NCBI GenBank assembly: GCA_964652795.1
Contig: CAZZBF010000001.1
Coordinates: 49,593 to 95,018 of the forward strand
DNA from: an uncultured Syntrophales bacterium
GTDB lineage: Bacteria; Desulfobacterota; Syntrophia; Syntrophales; JADFWA01
Reading direction: 5' to 3'
DNA length: 45,426 nucleotides
Positions 17,677 to 29,671 of the stretch are shown piece by piece. Positions within the stretch are counted from its first letter, which is position 1. Each line of letters begins with the position of its first letter. Under the pieces are notes generated by a model. That model did not search any database and had not been told where the DNA came from. It saw only the letters and a program-made list of their open reading frames with translations. The position numbers were made by a program, and so were the translations under genes.

Positions 17677-19026
17677 ATGAAAGAATTTATCAAAATGTGT
17701 GAGGTGAAAAATCCGGGTCAGCCGGAGTTTATCCAGGCCGTGTCGGAGGTTGCAGAATCGGTTAAACCTGTTTTAGACAAACATCCTGAGTACCGCAAGG
17801 CAAAGATAATGGAGCGGGTGGTTGAACCCGAGAGAACAATTATGTGCCGGGTTTCCTGGCTTGATGATAACGGCGAGGTTCAGGTCAGCAAGGGCTATCG
17901 TATTCAGGTGAATAGTGCCATAGGTCCGTTTAAAGGAGGCTTTCGCTTTCATCCGTCAGTCAATATGAGTATACTTAAGTTTCTCGGCTTTGAGCAGGTC
18001 TTTAAAAACGCACTGACAACCCTTCCAATGGGTGGCGCCAAGGGAGGATCGGATTTCGATCCCAAGGGGAAATCGGATAACGAAGTAATGCGTTTCTGCC
18101 AGAGTTTCATGACCGAAATGTTCAGACATATCGGGCCGGATACCGATGTTCCTGCAGGAGATATTGGAGTGGGTGCTCGTGAAATAGGATACATGTTCGG
18201 TATGTATAAAAAGCTGCAGAATGAATTTACCGGTGTTTTGACCGGTAAAGGTCTTGAATGGGGAGGAAGTCTCATTCGCCCTGAAGCTACCGGTTACGGC
18301 TGTGTCTATTTTGCCTCCGAAATGCTGGCAACAAAAAAAGATACCATGAAAAACAAGCTCTGTCTGGTTTCAGGTTCCGGGAATGTATCTCAGTATACTG
18401 TTGAAAAAATTTTGGAGCTGGGAGGAAAGGTAGTAACACTTTCTGATTCTTCTGGATACATCTACGATGAGAAGGGAATAAACAGGAAAAAACTCGATTT
18501 TGTCATGCACCTTAAAAATGTGGCACGGGGACGCATCAAGGAATATGCGGACAAGTATCCCGAAGCGGTTTATACTCCCATCGATCCCGCTCTTGATTAC
18601 AATCCACTTTGGAATCATAAGGCTGATTGCGCGTTTCCTTCCGCGACGCAGAACGAAATAAATGGCAAGGATGCTCAGAACCTGATCAACAATGGTGTCT
18701 ATGTAGTGGCCGAAGGTGCGAATATGCCCACAGTTCCAGCGGGCATTGACGTCTTTTTGGACAGTAAGATTTTATATGGGCCAGGGAAAGCAGCTAATGC
18801 CGGTGGTGTTTCTGTTTCTGGTCTTGAGATGTCCCAGAACAGCATGCGCTTAAGCTGGTCTCGTGAAGAGGTAGATAAACATCTTCACGACATTATGAGA
18901 AAGATACACAAGGCCTGTGTTGAGGCATCCGAAGAATACGGCACTCCCGGCAATTACGTAAACGGCGCCAATATAGCCGGATTTACAAAGGTTGCTAACG
19001 CAATGATGGCTCAGGGAGTAGTTTAG
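17677..19026 (+). CDS. gdhA: NADP-specific glutamate dehydrogenase
   Basis: Full-length GdhA-type hexameric GDH (KGGFRFHPSVNMSILKFLGFEQVFKNALTTLPMGGAKGGSDFDPKGKSD...). AGGAG RBS is present. Confidence 0.9.
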   Translation: MKEFIKMCEVKNPGQPEFIQAVSEVAESVKPVLDKHPEYRKAKIMERVVEPERTIMCRVSWLDDNGEVQVSKGYRIQVNSAIGPFKGGFRFHPSVNMSILKFLGFEQVFKNALTTLPMGGAKGGSDFDPKGKSDNEVMRFCQSFMTEMFRHIGPDTDVPAGDIGVGAREIGYMFGMYKKLQNEFTGVLTGKGLEWGGSLIRPEATGYGCVYFASEMLATKKDTMKNKLCLVSGSGNVSQYTVEKILELGGKVVTLSDSSGYIYDEKGINRKKLDFVMHLKNVARGRIKEYADKYPEAVYTPIDPALDYNPLWNHKADCAFPSATQNEINGKDAQNLINNGVYVVAEGANMPTVPAGIDVFLDSKILYGPGKAANAGGVSVSGLEMSQNSMRLSWSREEVDKHLHDIMRKIHKACVEASEEYGTPGNYVNGANIAGFTKVANAMMAQGVV

Positions 19027-19050
19027 TCAATCTATCTGACTGAAAACAAT

Positions 19051-19094
19051 AAGCGGTGGTTTCAGATGTAATGATGCCACCGCTTTATTTTATG
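19051..19094. terminator. Hairpin terminator shared by the convergent gdhA and cobQ genes
   Basis: AAGCGGTGG-17nt-CCACCGCTT followed by TATTTTAT on + and by ATTGTTTT on -. It overlaps the cobQ stop codon. Confidence 0.55.
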
Positions 19095-20527
19095 ATCAGG
19101 TAATTTCCCCAGCCACTTTTTCCTATTAATCCGGAAATCCTATCCAGTTCCGAGTCAATAACATCAAGCCAGTCTTCAGCCTTACCATTCCAACCCAATT
19201 GCGCCAAAAATTTCTGGCGGTAGGCAGCATTATCGAAAATACCATGCAGATACACTCCCCGGACATTTCCTTGCTGCCAACCTAAATCTTCTTCTATATA
19301 GGGTTCGGCCGACGGACCGGGCCGTGTAAACCCATGATGGATTTCGTATCCACGCACCAGGCTGCCGTCAACCAGTCGGACTTCACGTTGAACGGTGATT
19401 TTTTCGTGCATCAGGGTAGTCGTAACATCCAGCAATCCTAATCCTTCCTCGGTTCCGCCTTCCAGATCTTCCGGATCAAGCAGTTCCTTCCCCAGGATCT
19501 GCATCCCGCCGCAGATACCCAGTATCGGCAGTCCGTATTGCGCCATACGCATAATCTCCGCAGCAAGACCCGTTTGTCGTAAATATCTTAGACTCTCGAC
19601 AGTATTTTTGCTGCCCGGCAGAAGAATTGCCCTAAAGCTGTCCAGCGACATCATATTATTAACAGGCACAATATTTATGCCGCCTTCATGTATCAGAGAA
19701 TCAAATTCATCCATGTTGCTTGCATAAGGATACATGATCAGGGCGATATTGATCTTTTTCTGATCAAAATCTGAACGGTGAGTGAATGAATCTTCTTCGG
19801 GCAGTACATGCCTTATCATGGGAATAATGGCCACTGTCGGGATACCCGTCCTTTCCTGCAGCCAACCCATCGCATTGCCGAGCAATTTGTCGTCGCCGCG
19901 AAACCGGTTCAAAACAAATCCTTTTATAAGATCCTTTTCCTCTGAAGTCATGCACGACCAGGTACCGAGCAGGTGTGCAAATGATCCGCCACGATCAATA
20001 TCAGAAATAATATAAACGTCTGCTTTGCATTCCAGCGCCACTGACATGTTGACGATATCTTCTCTCCTGAGGTTAATTTCAGCCGGGCTACCCGCACCTT
20101 CAATCACCACCTGCTCAAATTCCCGTATCAGGGCCCATAAAGAGTCTTGAACGGCAGGCCACAATTTTGCTTTCCGGCCCAACCAGGGCAATCCGGTAAT
20201 TTCCGGACTGTACTGACCAAGAACGATGACCTGACTGTGTGTATCAGCACTCGGTTTGAGCAATACGGGGTTCATCCGCACCTGAGGTTCTACCCGCGCA
20301 GCAAGCGCCTGCAAATATTGGGCACGTCCAATCTCAAGGTGATCGGGCGTGACAGCTGCATTATTGCTCATGTTTTGGGCTTTGAAGGGTGCAACACTAA
20401 TCCCTCTGTTAGAGAAATAACGGCACAGTGCCGCAACCAGGAAGGATTTTCCGGAACCGCTCGTACATCCCATGATCATGATTGGCGTTCTGGAGACATT
20501 CAAATCTGATGACATGGTCATATTCAT
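19085..20527 (-). CDS. cobQ: Cobyric acid synthase (CobQ/CbiP), a glutamine amidotransferase
   Basis: N-terminus GCTSGSGKSFLVAALCRYF...APFKAQNMSNNAAVTPD...GRAQYLQA...VRMNPVLLKP is closely CbiP-like. The C-terminal GATase-3 domain carries ILGICGGMQILG. Several in-frame ATGs occur near the 5' end, so the exact start is uncertain. Confidence 0.8.
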   Translation of the reverse strand: MNMTMSSDLNVSRTPIMIMGCTSGSGKSFLVAALCRYFSNRGISVAPFKAQNMSNNAAVTPDHLEIGRAQYLQALAARVEPQVRMNPVLLKPSADTHSQVIVLGQYSPEITGLPWLGRKAKLWPAVQDSLWALIREFEQVVIEGAGSPAEINLRREDIVNMSVALECKADVYIISDIDRGGSFAHLLGTWSCMTSEEKDLIKGFVLNRFRGDDKLLGNAMGWLQERTGIPTVAIIPMIRHVLPEEDSFTHRSDFDQKKINIALIMYPYASNMDEFDSLIHEGGINIVPVNNMMSLDSFRAILLPGSKNTVESLRYLRQTGLAAEIMRMAQYGLPILGICGGMQILGKELLDPEDLEGGTEEGLGLLDVTTTLMHEKITVQREVRLVDGSLVRGYEIHHGFTRPGPSAEPYIEEDLGWQQGNVRGVYLHGIFDNAAYRQKFLAQLGWNGKAEDWLDVIDSELDRISGLIGKSGWGNYLIIK

Positions 20528-20621
20528 ACAAATAACTCAACTTTATGGCTCAGCATTAAATAAAAGAGTGAACACAGCTTACCGGTTTTGTATAATAAAA
20601 ACCCTCTATTCTTACAGATAG

Positions 20622-21401
20622 TTACACAACAGTACGAACCGGAACCCCTTCCTGTTCGAGATAGGACTTGATCTCCTCGACGGTATAGTGTTGGAAATGC
20701 ACCATGGAAGCAATGAGTGCCGCGTCCGCACCTGCTTTTACAAAAACATCCCTGAGATGCTCCGGCCTGCCGGCACCCCCCGAGGCAATGACGGGGATGT
20801 TCACCGCAGAGGATATCAAAGCTGTCAAATTCAGTTCATACCCATCATTTGTTCCGTCGGCATCAATAGAATTGAGACAGATCTCGCCGGTACCCATATC
20901 CCGGGCCTTTTTTGCCCACTCAACCGCATCAACACCCATAGGAGTCCTGCCGCCGTTTATCCAGACCTCGTATCCCGATGGTAGTTCAGCGCTCTTTCCC
21001 ACTTTTTTTGCATCCATCCCCAATACGATACATTGACTTCCGAAAATCTTCGCCCCTTCGGAAATCAGCTCCGGATTCAAAACGGCAGCGGTATTAACGC
21101 TGATTTTTTCAGCCCCGGCTTTTAATACATCATACATATCGGCAAGTGAACTGATACCGCCTCCCACTGAAAAGGGAATAAAGATGTTTTTTGCGACATC
21201 GCTTACTACATCGATTATAATTTTTCTCTTATCCGATGACGCGGTAATATCATAAAATACCAGTTCATCAACACCCTGGTCGTAATATTCCCTGGCCATC
21301 TCAACCGGATCACCGATATCGACATTGCCTTTAAATCTGATTCCTTTTGTTGTTTTGCCTTCTCTTACATCGAGGCAAATAATAATTCTTTTACTGAGCA
21401 T
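20622..21401 (-). CDS. hisF: Imidazole glycerol phosphate synthase cyclase subunit HisF, or a HisF-family paralogue
   Basis: [17 protein letters not shown]...[31 protein letters not shown]...[13 protein letters not shown]. The start ATG at 21401 lies 2 nt after the hisH stop codon. Confidence 0.85.
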   Translation of the reverse strand: MLSKRIIICLDVREGKTTKGIRFKGNVDIGDPVEMAREYYDQGVDELVFYDITASSDKRKIIIDVVSDVAKNIFIPFSVGGGISSLADMYDVLKAGAEKISVNTAAVLNPELISEGAKIFGSQCIVLGMDAKKVGKSAELPSGYEVWINGGRTPMGVDAVEWAKKARDMGTGEICLNSIDADGTNDGYELNLTALISSAVNIPVIASGGAGRPEHLRDVFVKAGADAALIASMVHFQHYTVEEIKSYLEQEGVPVRTVV

Positions 21402-21403
21402 TG

Positions 21404-22015
21404 TTATGCCGTCCCGTCCCACTCACAAAAATTTTTTAATATCCGAAGGCCGTGTCTTCCGCTTTTTTCAGGGTGAAACTGCATTGCGAGAACGTTCCCC
21501 TTCCCGATGATTGATGCAAACTCAACCCCGTATTCGGCCGTTGCTACGACGTCGTCGCGCCGCTCCGGATCGGGATAATATGAATGGACAAAATAGTATT
21601 GCGCTCTCTCATCAATACCGGCGAGAACGGGATGCGGGCGGACAGCGCTAATATTGTTCCATCCCATGTGGGGAATTTTCAAATTGGCAGTACGAAACTT
21701 TTTCGCACTACCCCGTATCACACCGAGACAGGAAGCGCTATTTTCTTCGCTCCTGTCGAGGACTATCTGAGCACCGAGACATATCCCCAGAAACGGGACT
21801 CCTCCGCCAATCACGTCATATATCACTTGATCGAGACCCGACGTTTTCATGACATCCATCGCGGCACCTGCCGCTCCAACGCCCGGTAATATGACTCTTT
21901 CGGCAGACAGTATTTCCAGCGGCCTGTCGGTTATACGGCACTCCTTACCTATGTGGACAAGGGCCCTCTCAACGGACGTAAGATTTCCCGCTTTGTAATC
22001 AATTATTGCTATCAT
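21404..22015 (-). CDS. hisH: Imidazole glycerol phosphate synthase glutaminase subunit HisH (class I GATase)
   Basis: [19 protein letters not shown]...[11 protein letters not shown]...[11 protein letters not shown]...HSYY. It overlaps the upstream GlmS-like gene's stop by 17 nt. Confidence 0.85.
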   Translation of the reverse strand: MIAIIDYKAGNLTSVERALVHIGKECRITDRPLEILSAERVILPGVGAAGAAMDVMKTSGLDQVIYDVIGGGVPFLGICLGAQIVLDRSEENSASCLGVIRGSAKKFRTANLKIPHMGWNNISAVRPHPVLAGIDERAQYYFVHSYYPDPERRDDVVATAEYGVEFASIIGKGNVLAMQFHPEKSGRHGLRILKNFCEWDGTA

Positions 22016-25000
22016 GCTCGTTCGATGAATCAGTCTCCTTTAATTTCATCATTTTGCCGACAATCATATCGACACCCTCGCCCAAGAGAAATTCAATAGA
22101 AATTTTGTCAAGGTACGTATCGTCCCAGTTAAGGTTATACTCATTGACAAGATTGAAGATTTTATTGAATTTATCTCCGAGAACTTCTTTCTTCTCCGCC
22201 GCCGTCAAATCGTCCCTGAAAACAACATGAAGTAGCAGGATATGTCTGATCCTATGGTTTTTACCCAGGACCGACATGATAATGATCGAAGCTTTATCCA
22301 ACTTCCCAAGTCCCGCATATATTTCTCCGGTTCTTATGATCGTTCGCTTGGTTCCCAGAAGAGCGCGTTTTTCTTCAACCCTCGATTTCATTTCCAGTGA
22401 AATTCCGCCTCTTTCACGAATTGATATAACTGTATCTTCTCCCGGGGTTCCGTCGACATCAAGATTTTCAACGTCATACAGGGTATAACCACGAATTTTG
22501 GATAGTGCCCCTTGGAGCCTTCGCGCGGCGGCCCCATCTTTGGTCGTAAGATTTTCCAGCGAAAATTCGAGATCTTTCAAGAAATCGAAGATGATTCCTT
22601 TGATCATTTCACCCTTTCTGCTTGTACCCACCGTAACGGTTTTCGCCTGGTGCCTGATTGCATCGATGGGGCGTGACAACTCATCGATGGCTTTGCCAAG
22701 ACAGATATCCAGCATGTCGAGAGGAGATGAGGAAATTCTTTTGTCTCTAAATTCTTCCCAGAAGTCCTCCAGCGGCAATTTTCCGATACTATACTTTAAA
22801 AGAAGCGGCATATCTGAGGCAATCTCGGTGCTCAGGGAAGAAAAAAAGCCCTTATTTTTTCTTAAATTAAATGCTTTGGTAAAATCCGCTACGATTTTAT
22901 GGAGTCCAGTGTTTGCAATCTTTTCGAAGAGTGTTTCGTTTCTGGCATCAAGTTCCAGCACCTTGTGTGATAAGGTATTCCTGAAATTCTTAAAAAATTC
23001 CCCTTCTTCATTAATACTGCAGGCCGCGTAATAACCCCATATATGTCCCGCTAACGTATTAAGTATGACCGCTGTAGAGAATGTTGACCTCGGGACGTAA
23101 ATGACCGAATCCGCCACATGATCAAATCTCGTTTCATCTTCGTCTGTAATGACAACAACCGATCCCTCATGAGCTTTAAAGATTGCAGCGTCTTTAACTA
23201 TATCTTCTACAACGGTTTCGGGGGTACCTGCCGCACAGACGATGATAAGCGGTTCGGCGGAAAGGTCTATATGTTTCTTGTTTTCCACTATATCGGACGA
23301 TATGGTCTTGTAACACAGTTCGCTCAACTTTATTCTGATCTCATCGGCGGCAACTTTATTTGAACCGCTCCCGACCACTGCCCAGTATTTCTTTTCTTTT
23401 ACAACGTCCCATGCCGATTCACGTATTTTTTCCTTAATAGCAATGACTCTGTCCATTTTTCCGGGAGCACCCTCCAGGTCGACGAGTTCCCTAGTGATTT
23501 GATCATCCGTCATTGTACCCGATATCTTTGCAAAATAGAGCGCGAGGATGTACCCGGCGATTATCTGAGAGTAAAATGCCTTTGTCGATGCAACGGACAT
23601 TTCTATATCTCTACCATCACTGGTATAAAAAACCCCATCGGTCATGTGGGTAATATCCGACTGTCGCCGGTTCACGATAGCTATGGAATGTGCTCCACGT
23701 TCTATTGCCATTGCAACCGCTCGATTTGTGTCAGTCGTCGTGCCCGATTGCGTAACCGCAATGACTAGGGCATGATCAAATTTGTCCTGGAGGGAAAATC
23801 CGCTTAATTCCGAAGCTGTCTTCGCCTCAATATGCAAGTCTCGACCCCTTAAATATTTTGAAAAAGCCTCAACTATTGCAGCGCCGGCTACAGCGGCCGT
23901 TCCCTGGCCTACGACAAAAATAGTTTTGATATTACCGTTTATAATTGCCTCCGACAATGCAGGGGGTATGATATCATTTCCCAGATTGAAGACAACGTTA
24001 TCAGTCGCTCCGTCCTCTTTATATTTTATATGATATTTGCCGCGCATCGTCTTTTGCGCGGAAAGGGGTGCCTCGAAAATCTCTTTCAACAGATAGTGGG
24101 GATAGCCCTTTCGATCGATATCGCGCGTGGTAATCTCCGCTTTCGCCACACAATTATCAGAAATAGGAAGAGCGTGTCCGTCGTAATACAAGGCCTTGAT
24201 TCCCTGAACACCTCCCCCGGCTTTTCGATCAAGGACAAAAATTTGTCCTTTCGTCGCTTGATCTCCCGGAACTCTTTCCGATTCACCATCCATCTTTATG
24301 AACTTAGATGTTACTTCCATCAGCCCGTATAATTCGGAGGAATACATGAATTGTTCGTCACAAAGGCCTATATAAAGAGACTGGCCGCTTCCGCGGAGCG
24401 CAAGAAATACTTTATCTGGTTCGAGGTCACTGCTCATGGCGATAGCGTGAGACCCTTCAAAATCATTCAGGGCAAGGCGAAAGGCCTCCAGAAGAGAGTG
24501 TCCCGAGGAAAGATACCGCTCGATCTGAAGTGGTACTATCTTCGTATCCGTTTTCACGGTATCGTCTATGAGTGATTGTCCTCCTGTTTCAATCCCCACC
24601 CTTAGTGTAGAGTAATTATCTATATCCCCGTTTAAAGCCGCATTGATTGACCAGTTCCCTTCTCCGTAGTGAGGATAATACTTTAGCGGCAAAAAAGATC
24701 CCGAGTCTTCATCGAATACTTTGTCCAGGGTGAAATTATTGATGGGATGACAATTTTCTTCAGTGATGGACCCCACCGATGCCCATCTTGTATGAGCCAT
24801 ATAGGAATCCATTGCAATCGGTTTATGAATAACCGTCTGGAATATCCGATCATTTCGGATTCGATCTCGCAAATACCTGCCGTTTTCCCCAAGTTCACCG
24901 GTTACCGATGCTTTTTTATACGTAAACGATAGAATGACCGGGATGCCTTCTCTGCCATTTTTTGTTGCGTGGATAGAACCGTCATGTAGATCGCCCGGTT

Positions 25001-25793
25001 CTACCCGGTTCAGCCATTCATCATAGAGATTTTTTGTTTTAAAATTCTCGATTAACGTATCGAGATCCTTCGTTTGCTCCATAGTAAAAGTGATTTGTAT
25101 ACCAGCAGAATCTCTCCCCCTTACCTCTAAATTGTCAATTGCATTTAATAACAGATTGATATTTCTGTATTTTCTAAGACTTTCCCGGGGAATATCCGCT
25201 TTTTTGTCCGTTCCGGCAAGAAAGAAAAATCCGTCAATATTGGCAAGGATGTCTTTTTCGAGGGCCCACGACGCATCTTTCAGACGAATGATCGAATTGT
25301 TAATATGTTCCATCTGTCCGGAGGTGAAACCGAACACATATTTTTCAATAAAGTCTTCTTCTTGTTCTATAAAGGCCTTCAGGTTCTCCGAAAGACGGGA
25401 AATATTTTGTATACCGTCATCCGTAAAAAAAACGTGCTCAAAAGTTGAATCTTCCTTCAAAATCTTGATAGCATTTTCTAAATCATTAAGTGCCGCTGGG
25501 CTTCCAAGGTAATCAACAGTATTCAGCGATTTATTGACTATTTTTTCTATACCGGTCCCCTGAATCACATTACAATTACTGGTAATGCGATTGACGATGT
25601 CATCGTCTCCGGCTGCGGCATCTCCTTTGATCGTAAGGATTCCCGCAAGACCGCACAACAGGGTATCGGGAAGAATAGGAAATAGAAGTATCGAACCGGG
25701 TGGCACAGTTCGAATATCACGCCCGATATAAATGTTTAGATACTTGAAAAAATTCCATATTCTTGCTGAAATTTTTTTGATGGGTTTTAACAT
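21999..25793 (-). CDS. Expanded (1264 aa) GlmS-family class-II glutamine amidotransferase with tandem SIS domains
   Basis: A 46-aa N-terminal leader precedes CGLAGIL (Ntn Cys). A ~190-aa insertion precedes RGRDSAGI, followed by HTRWASVG and NGDIDNY. The GlmS inter-domain linker KGYPHYLLKEIFEAP is present. Two SIS domains follow (GQGTAAVAG, VTQSGTTTDT) and a GlmS-like tail AKTVTVG. After that comes a ~230-aa C-terminal region of unknown nature. Confidence 0.7.
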   Translation of the reverse strand: MLKPIKKISARIWNFFKYLNIYIGRDIRTVPPGSILLFPILPDTLLCGLAGILTIKGDAAAGDDDIVNRITSNCNVIQGTGIEKIVNKSLNTVDYLGSPAALNDLENAIKILKEDSTFEHVFFTDDGIQNISRLSENLKAFIEQEEDFIEKYVFGFTSGQMEHINNSIIRLKDASWALEKDILANIDGFFFLAGTDKKADIPRESLRKYRNINLLLNAIDNLEVRGRDSAGIQITFTMEQTKDLDTLIENFKTKNLYDEWLNRVEPGDLHDGSIHATKNGREGIPVILSFTYKKASVTGELGENGRYLRDRIRNDRIFQTVIHKPIAMDSYMAHTRWASVGSITEENCHPINNFTLDKVFDEDSGSFLPLKYYPHYGEGNWSINAALNGDIDNYSTLRVGIETGGQSLIDDTVKTDTKIVPLQIERYLSSGHSLLEAFRLALNDFEGSHAIAMSSDLEPDKVFLALRGSGQSLYIGLCDEQFMYSSELYGLMEVTSKFIKMDGESERVPGDQATKGQIFVLDRKAGGGVQGIKALYYDGHALPISDNCVAKAEITTRDIDRKGYPHYLLKEIFEAPLSAQKTMRGKYHIKYKEDGATDNVVFNLGNDIIPPALSEAIINGNIKTIFVVGQGTAAVAGAAIVEAFSKYLRGRDLHIEAKTASELSGFSLQDKFDHALVIAVTQSGTTTDTNRAVAMAIERGAHSIAIVNRRQSDITHMTDGVFYTSDGRDIEMSVASTKAFYSQIIAGYILALYFAKISGTMTDDQITRELVDLEGAPGKMDRVIAIKEKIRESAWDVVKEKKYWAVVGSGSNKVAADEIRIKLSELCYKTISSDIVENKKHIDLSAEPLIIVCAAGTPETVVEDIVKDAAIFKAHEGSVVVITDEDETRFDHVADSVIYVPRSTFSTAVILNTLAGHIWGYYAACSINEEGEFFKNFRNTLSHKVLELDARNETLFEKIANTGLHKIVADFTKAFNLRKNKGFFSSLSTEIASDMPLLLKYSIGKLPLEDFWEEFRDKRISSSPLDMLDICLGKAIDELSRPIDAIRHQAKTVTVGTSRKGEMIKGIIFDFLKDLEFSLENLTTKDGAAARRLQGALSKIRGYTLYDVENLDVDGTPGEDTVISIRERGGISLEMKSRVEEKRALLGTKRTIIRTGEIYAGLGKLDKASIIIMSVLGKNHRIRHILLLHVVFRDDLTAAEKKEVLGDKFNKIFNLVNEYNLNWDDTYLDKISIEFLLGEGVDMIVGKMMKLKETDSSNEHDSNN

Positions 25794-25860
25794 TGTGTAA
25801 TTTACTCGTTATTTTTAATACATTAGAATGGATATCGTAGGCCGCACGGTGCGTATCAGC

Positions 25861-27477
<1,617 letters not shown>

Positions 27478-27514
27478 TTAACTTTCAGAATACTTATAAG
27501 ATTAACTTCACATG

Positions 27515-29668
27515 TTACGCTACATCTTCACTAACCAATTCTTCCAGAAATTCTGCCTGAATTGCACCTCGCGGGCAAATATTCACACACGTATAACAGA
27601 GGGAACACCGCGCGGGATCAATTGTGAAGATCTCCCCGTTCCGTGTAATCGCTTCCTGAGGACAGTTGTCGATACATTTATCACAATATATACAGGTACC
27701 GCAACTCATACACCGGTCTATATCTTCCTTCTCATCACCGAAATAAATCAATTGCATTCTCCTGGTCGGAACGAGCCGTTTTTCCGGATACACAAACTTC
27801 TTACCCGTAAGGTTCGCATCGATTTCCATGGCCGCCAGTCGACCCGAGCCAATCGCGTCGGTAAGAATCCCGGGTTTTACTATATCGCCGCATCCGTATA
27901 CTTTCTTGTTACTGCTTTTAGATGATTTATCGGCGGTAATCATGTACCCTCGTTCATCTATGAAGACAGATTCGTGTAAAAATGATGTATCAGGTGCCTC
28001 ACCGATACTGATGAAGACAACATCGGCCTTTTCAGGCTTTCCTTCCGTAAAATATACATTCTCCGAGTCAAGTTTTTTAACAAACTTCGGCCAGAGTATT
28101 TTGGTTCCCCTCTCTTCTGCCAGCATCAGTTCTTTCCCGAAGGCCAGCGGTTTTTGAATATCTACAGCCGTCACCATTTTAGCTCCAAGGCGCCAGGCCT
28201 CACAGGCTATATCCATACCGACATTACCGGCACCGATTATGACAACGTTTTTATCCGAAAGATCCATCGGTCTCCCTTCATTAATATCAATGAGAAACTG
28301 GAGACCCGAAAGTATCCTCTCACCGCCTTCATACGGTATCCTTTTGGTTACCTGTGCTCCAGTGGCTACAACGATGACATCACTTGCATCGTAAATATCC
28401 TGCAAAGATTCCCTGTCAATCTTTACACCCAGGTTAAATTCAATCGGGAGAGTTCTGATCCTTTTTATATCTTTGTCAAGCAATTCATCGGAGAGACGTT
28501 CCTGCGGAATTGCCTTTCTGGCTTTTCCTCCCAGGCTATCCATAGAATCGTAAACCTTGACCTTATACCCTCTCCGGGAAAGCTGCCACGCCGCCGAAAG
28601 TCCCGCAGGTCCGGCACCGATGATCGAAATAGTCTCGTTCTTCTTCCCCTTTATCGTCGGCTTGAAATTCGGATAATATTTCCGGGCAAGCTCCTGTACC
28701 GGGACAGGCCCGTCAATCAAGTTTCTGGTACATGCTTCCATGCATGGGGCAGGACATGTAGTACCACACACCGTCGTGCGGAATGGCGAGAACTCATCCA
28801 TTAAAAGCTGCGCTTCTTTTACTTTCCCGTCTTTTATCAAATTAAAAAATACCGGCGTCGGAATTCCCGTGGGACAGTTGAATGTACATGGAGGTGTCAG
28901 ATTGAAATGTTTCGGCACCTGTGTTTTTATATTCATTCCCGGAGTATATAAACTGGCAAACGGCCGGTGTCCCCGTCTCGTAATTTTCACAAAATCGTTA
29001 ACCGAAATACCGGACAGATCGATATTTATATCTTTCCCGTATTCCATGAGACTTGTCTTAAGGAATCCTGTGTCGTCTTTGTCCATATCCCCGAAGATAG
29101 CACCGGTTCCGAGCTGATATTTCTGCACGTCACCTCTAACATAAATAACACCTCCGTGGATCCCCGTTCCGACGCTGCCACCCACCGGCAATGATTTTCC
29201 TTCAAGATTAAGAACTATTACCCTTCCACCTGCCATATATTCACCGCAGTAATCTTTTGCGGTCCCTCCTATAATAAGCCAGGGAATCTGGTCAAAATAC
29301 TCTTTCATGTGGATGGCGGCCCTGTATTCGACATCTCCTTTAATAAAGACCTTGCCGCCCCGCATAGAATGTCCCGGTATCTCTCCCGCCTTTCCATGAA
29401 TTACTATTTTTCCGGCATTCATTGTATTGGCCAGACCATCCTGGGCGTTTCCGTAAACGATAAGGGTAGGACCATTTAAGAATGCTCCCAGGTCCTGTCC
29501 GGGTGTACCGTATATGTGAAATTCCGCGTTGCCGTCAAGACCGCCGGCGAGGTATCTCTGTCCCAGGACACCCTTGAGGACAATCTCTTTCTCACCCCGT
29601 GAAAGTAATCCCCGTATCTGCCTGTTTAACGTTTTGTAATATAATCCTTTTGCAACGATCGTGATCAT
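27515..29668 (-). CDS. Glutamate synthase GXGXG domain (GltB domain 3) fused to a GltD-like FAD/NAD(P) oxidoreductase and a C-terminal 2x[4Fe-4S] ferredoxin
   Basis: N-terminus GVLGQRYLAGGLDGNAEFHIYGTPGQDLGAFLNGPTLIVYGNAQDGLANTMNAGKIVIHG (GXGXG repeats). The middle carries CPTGIPTPVFFNLIKDGKVKEA...CGTTCPAPCMEAC and IIGAGPAGLSAAWQL (GltD-type). The C-terminus carries CMSCGTCIYCDKCIDNCP and CSLCYTCVNICP. Confidence 0.75.
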   Translation of the reverse strand: MITIVAKGLYYKTLNRQIRGLLSRGEKEIVLKGVLGQRYLAGGLDGNAEFHIYGTPGQDLGAFLNGPTLIVYGNAQDGLANTMNAGKIVIHGKAGEIPGHSMRGGKVFIKGDVEYRAAIHMKEYFDQIPWLIIGGTAKDYCGEYMAGGRVIVLNLEGKSLPVGGSVGTGIHGGVIYVRGDVQKYQLGTGAIFGDMDKDDTGFLKTSLMEYGKDINIDLSGISVNDFVKITRRGHRPFASLYTPGMNIKTQVPKHFNLTPPCTFNCPTGIPTPVFFNLIKDGKVKEAQLLMDEFSPFRTTVCGTTCPAPCMEACTRNLIDGPVPVQELARKYYPNFKPTIKGKKNETISIIGAGPAGLSAAWQLSRRGYKVKVYDSMDSLGGKARKAIPQERLSDELLDKDIKRIRTLPIEFNLGVKIDRESLQDIYDASDVIVVATGAQVTKRIPYEGGERILSGLQFLIDINEGRPMDLSDKNVVIIGAGNVGMDIACEAWRLGAKMVTAVDIQKPLAFGKELMLAEERGTKILWPKFVKKLDSENVYFTEGKPEKADVVFISIGEAPDTSFLHESVFIDERGYMITADKSSKSSNKKVYGCGDIVKPGILTDAIGSGRLAAMEIDANLTGKKFVYPEKRLVPTRRMQLIYFGDEKEDIDRCMSCGTCIYCDKCIDNCPQEAITRNGEIFTIDPARCSLCYTCVNICPRGAIQAEFLEELVSEDVA

Positions 29669-29671
29669 GTA

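Noticed and set aside
25794-25860. Possible glmS ribozyme upstream of the GlmS-like gene
   Set aside because: The intergenic space is only 67 nt, far shorter than the ribozyme (~150 nt or more). No conserved core was recognised.
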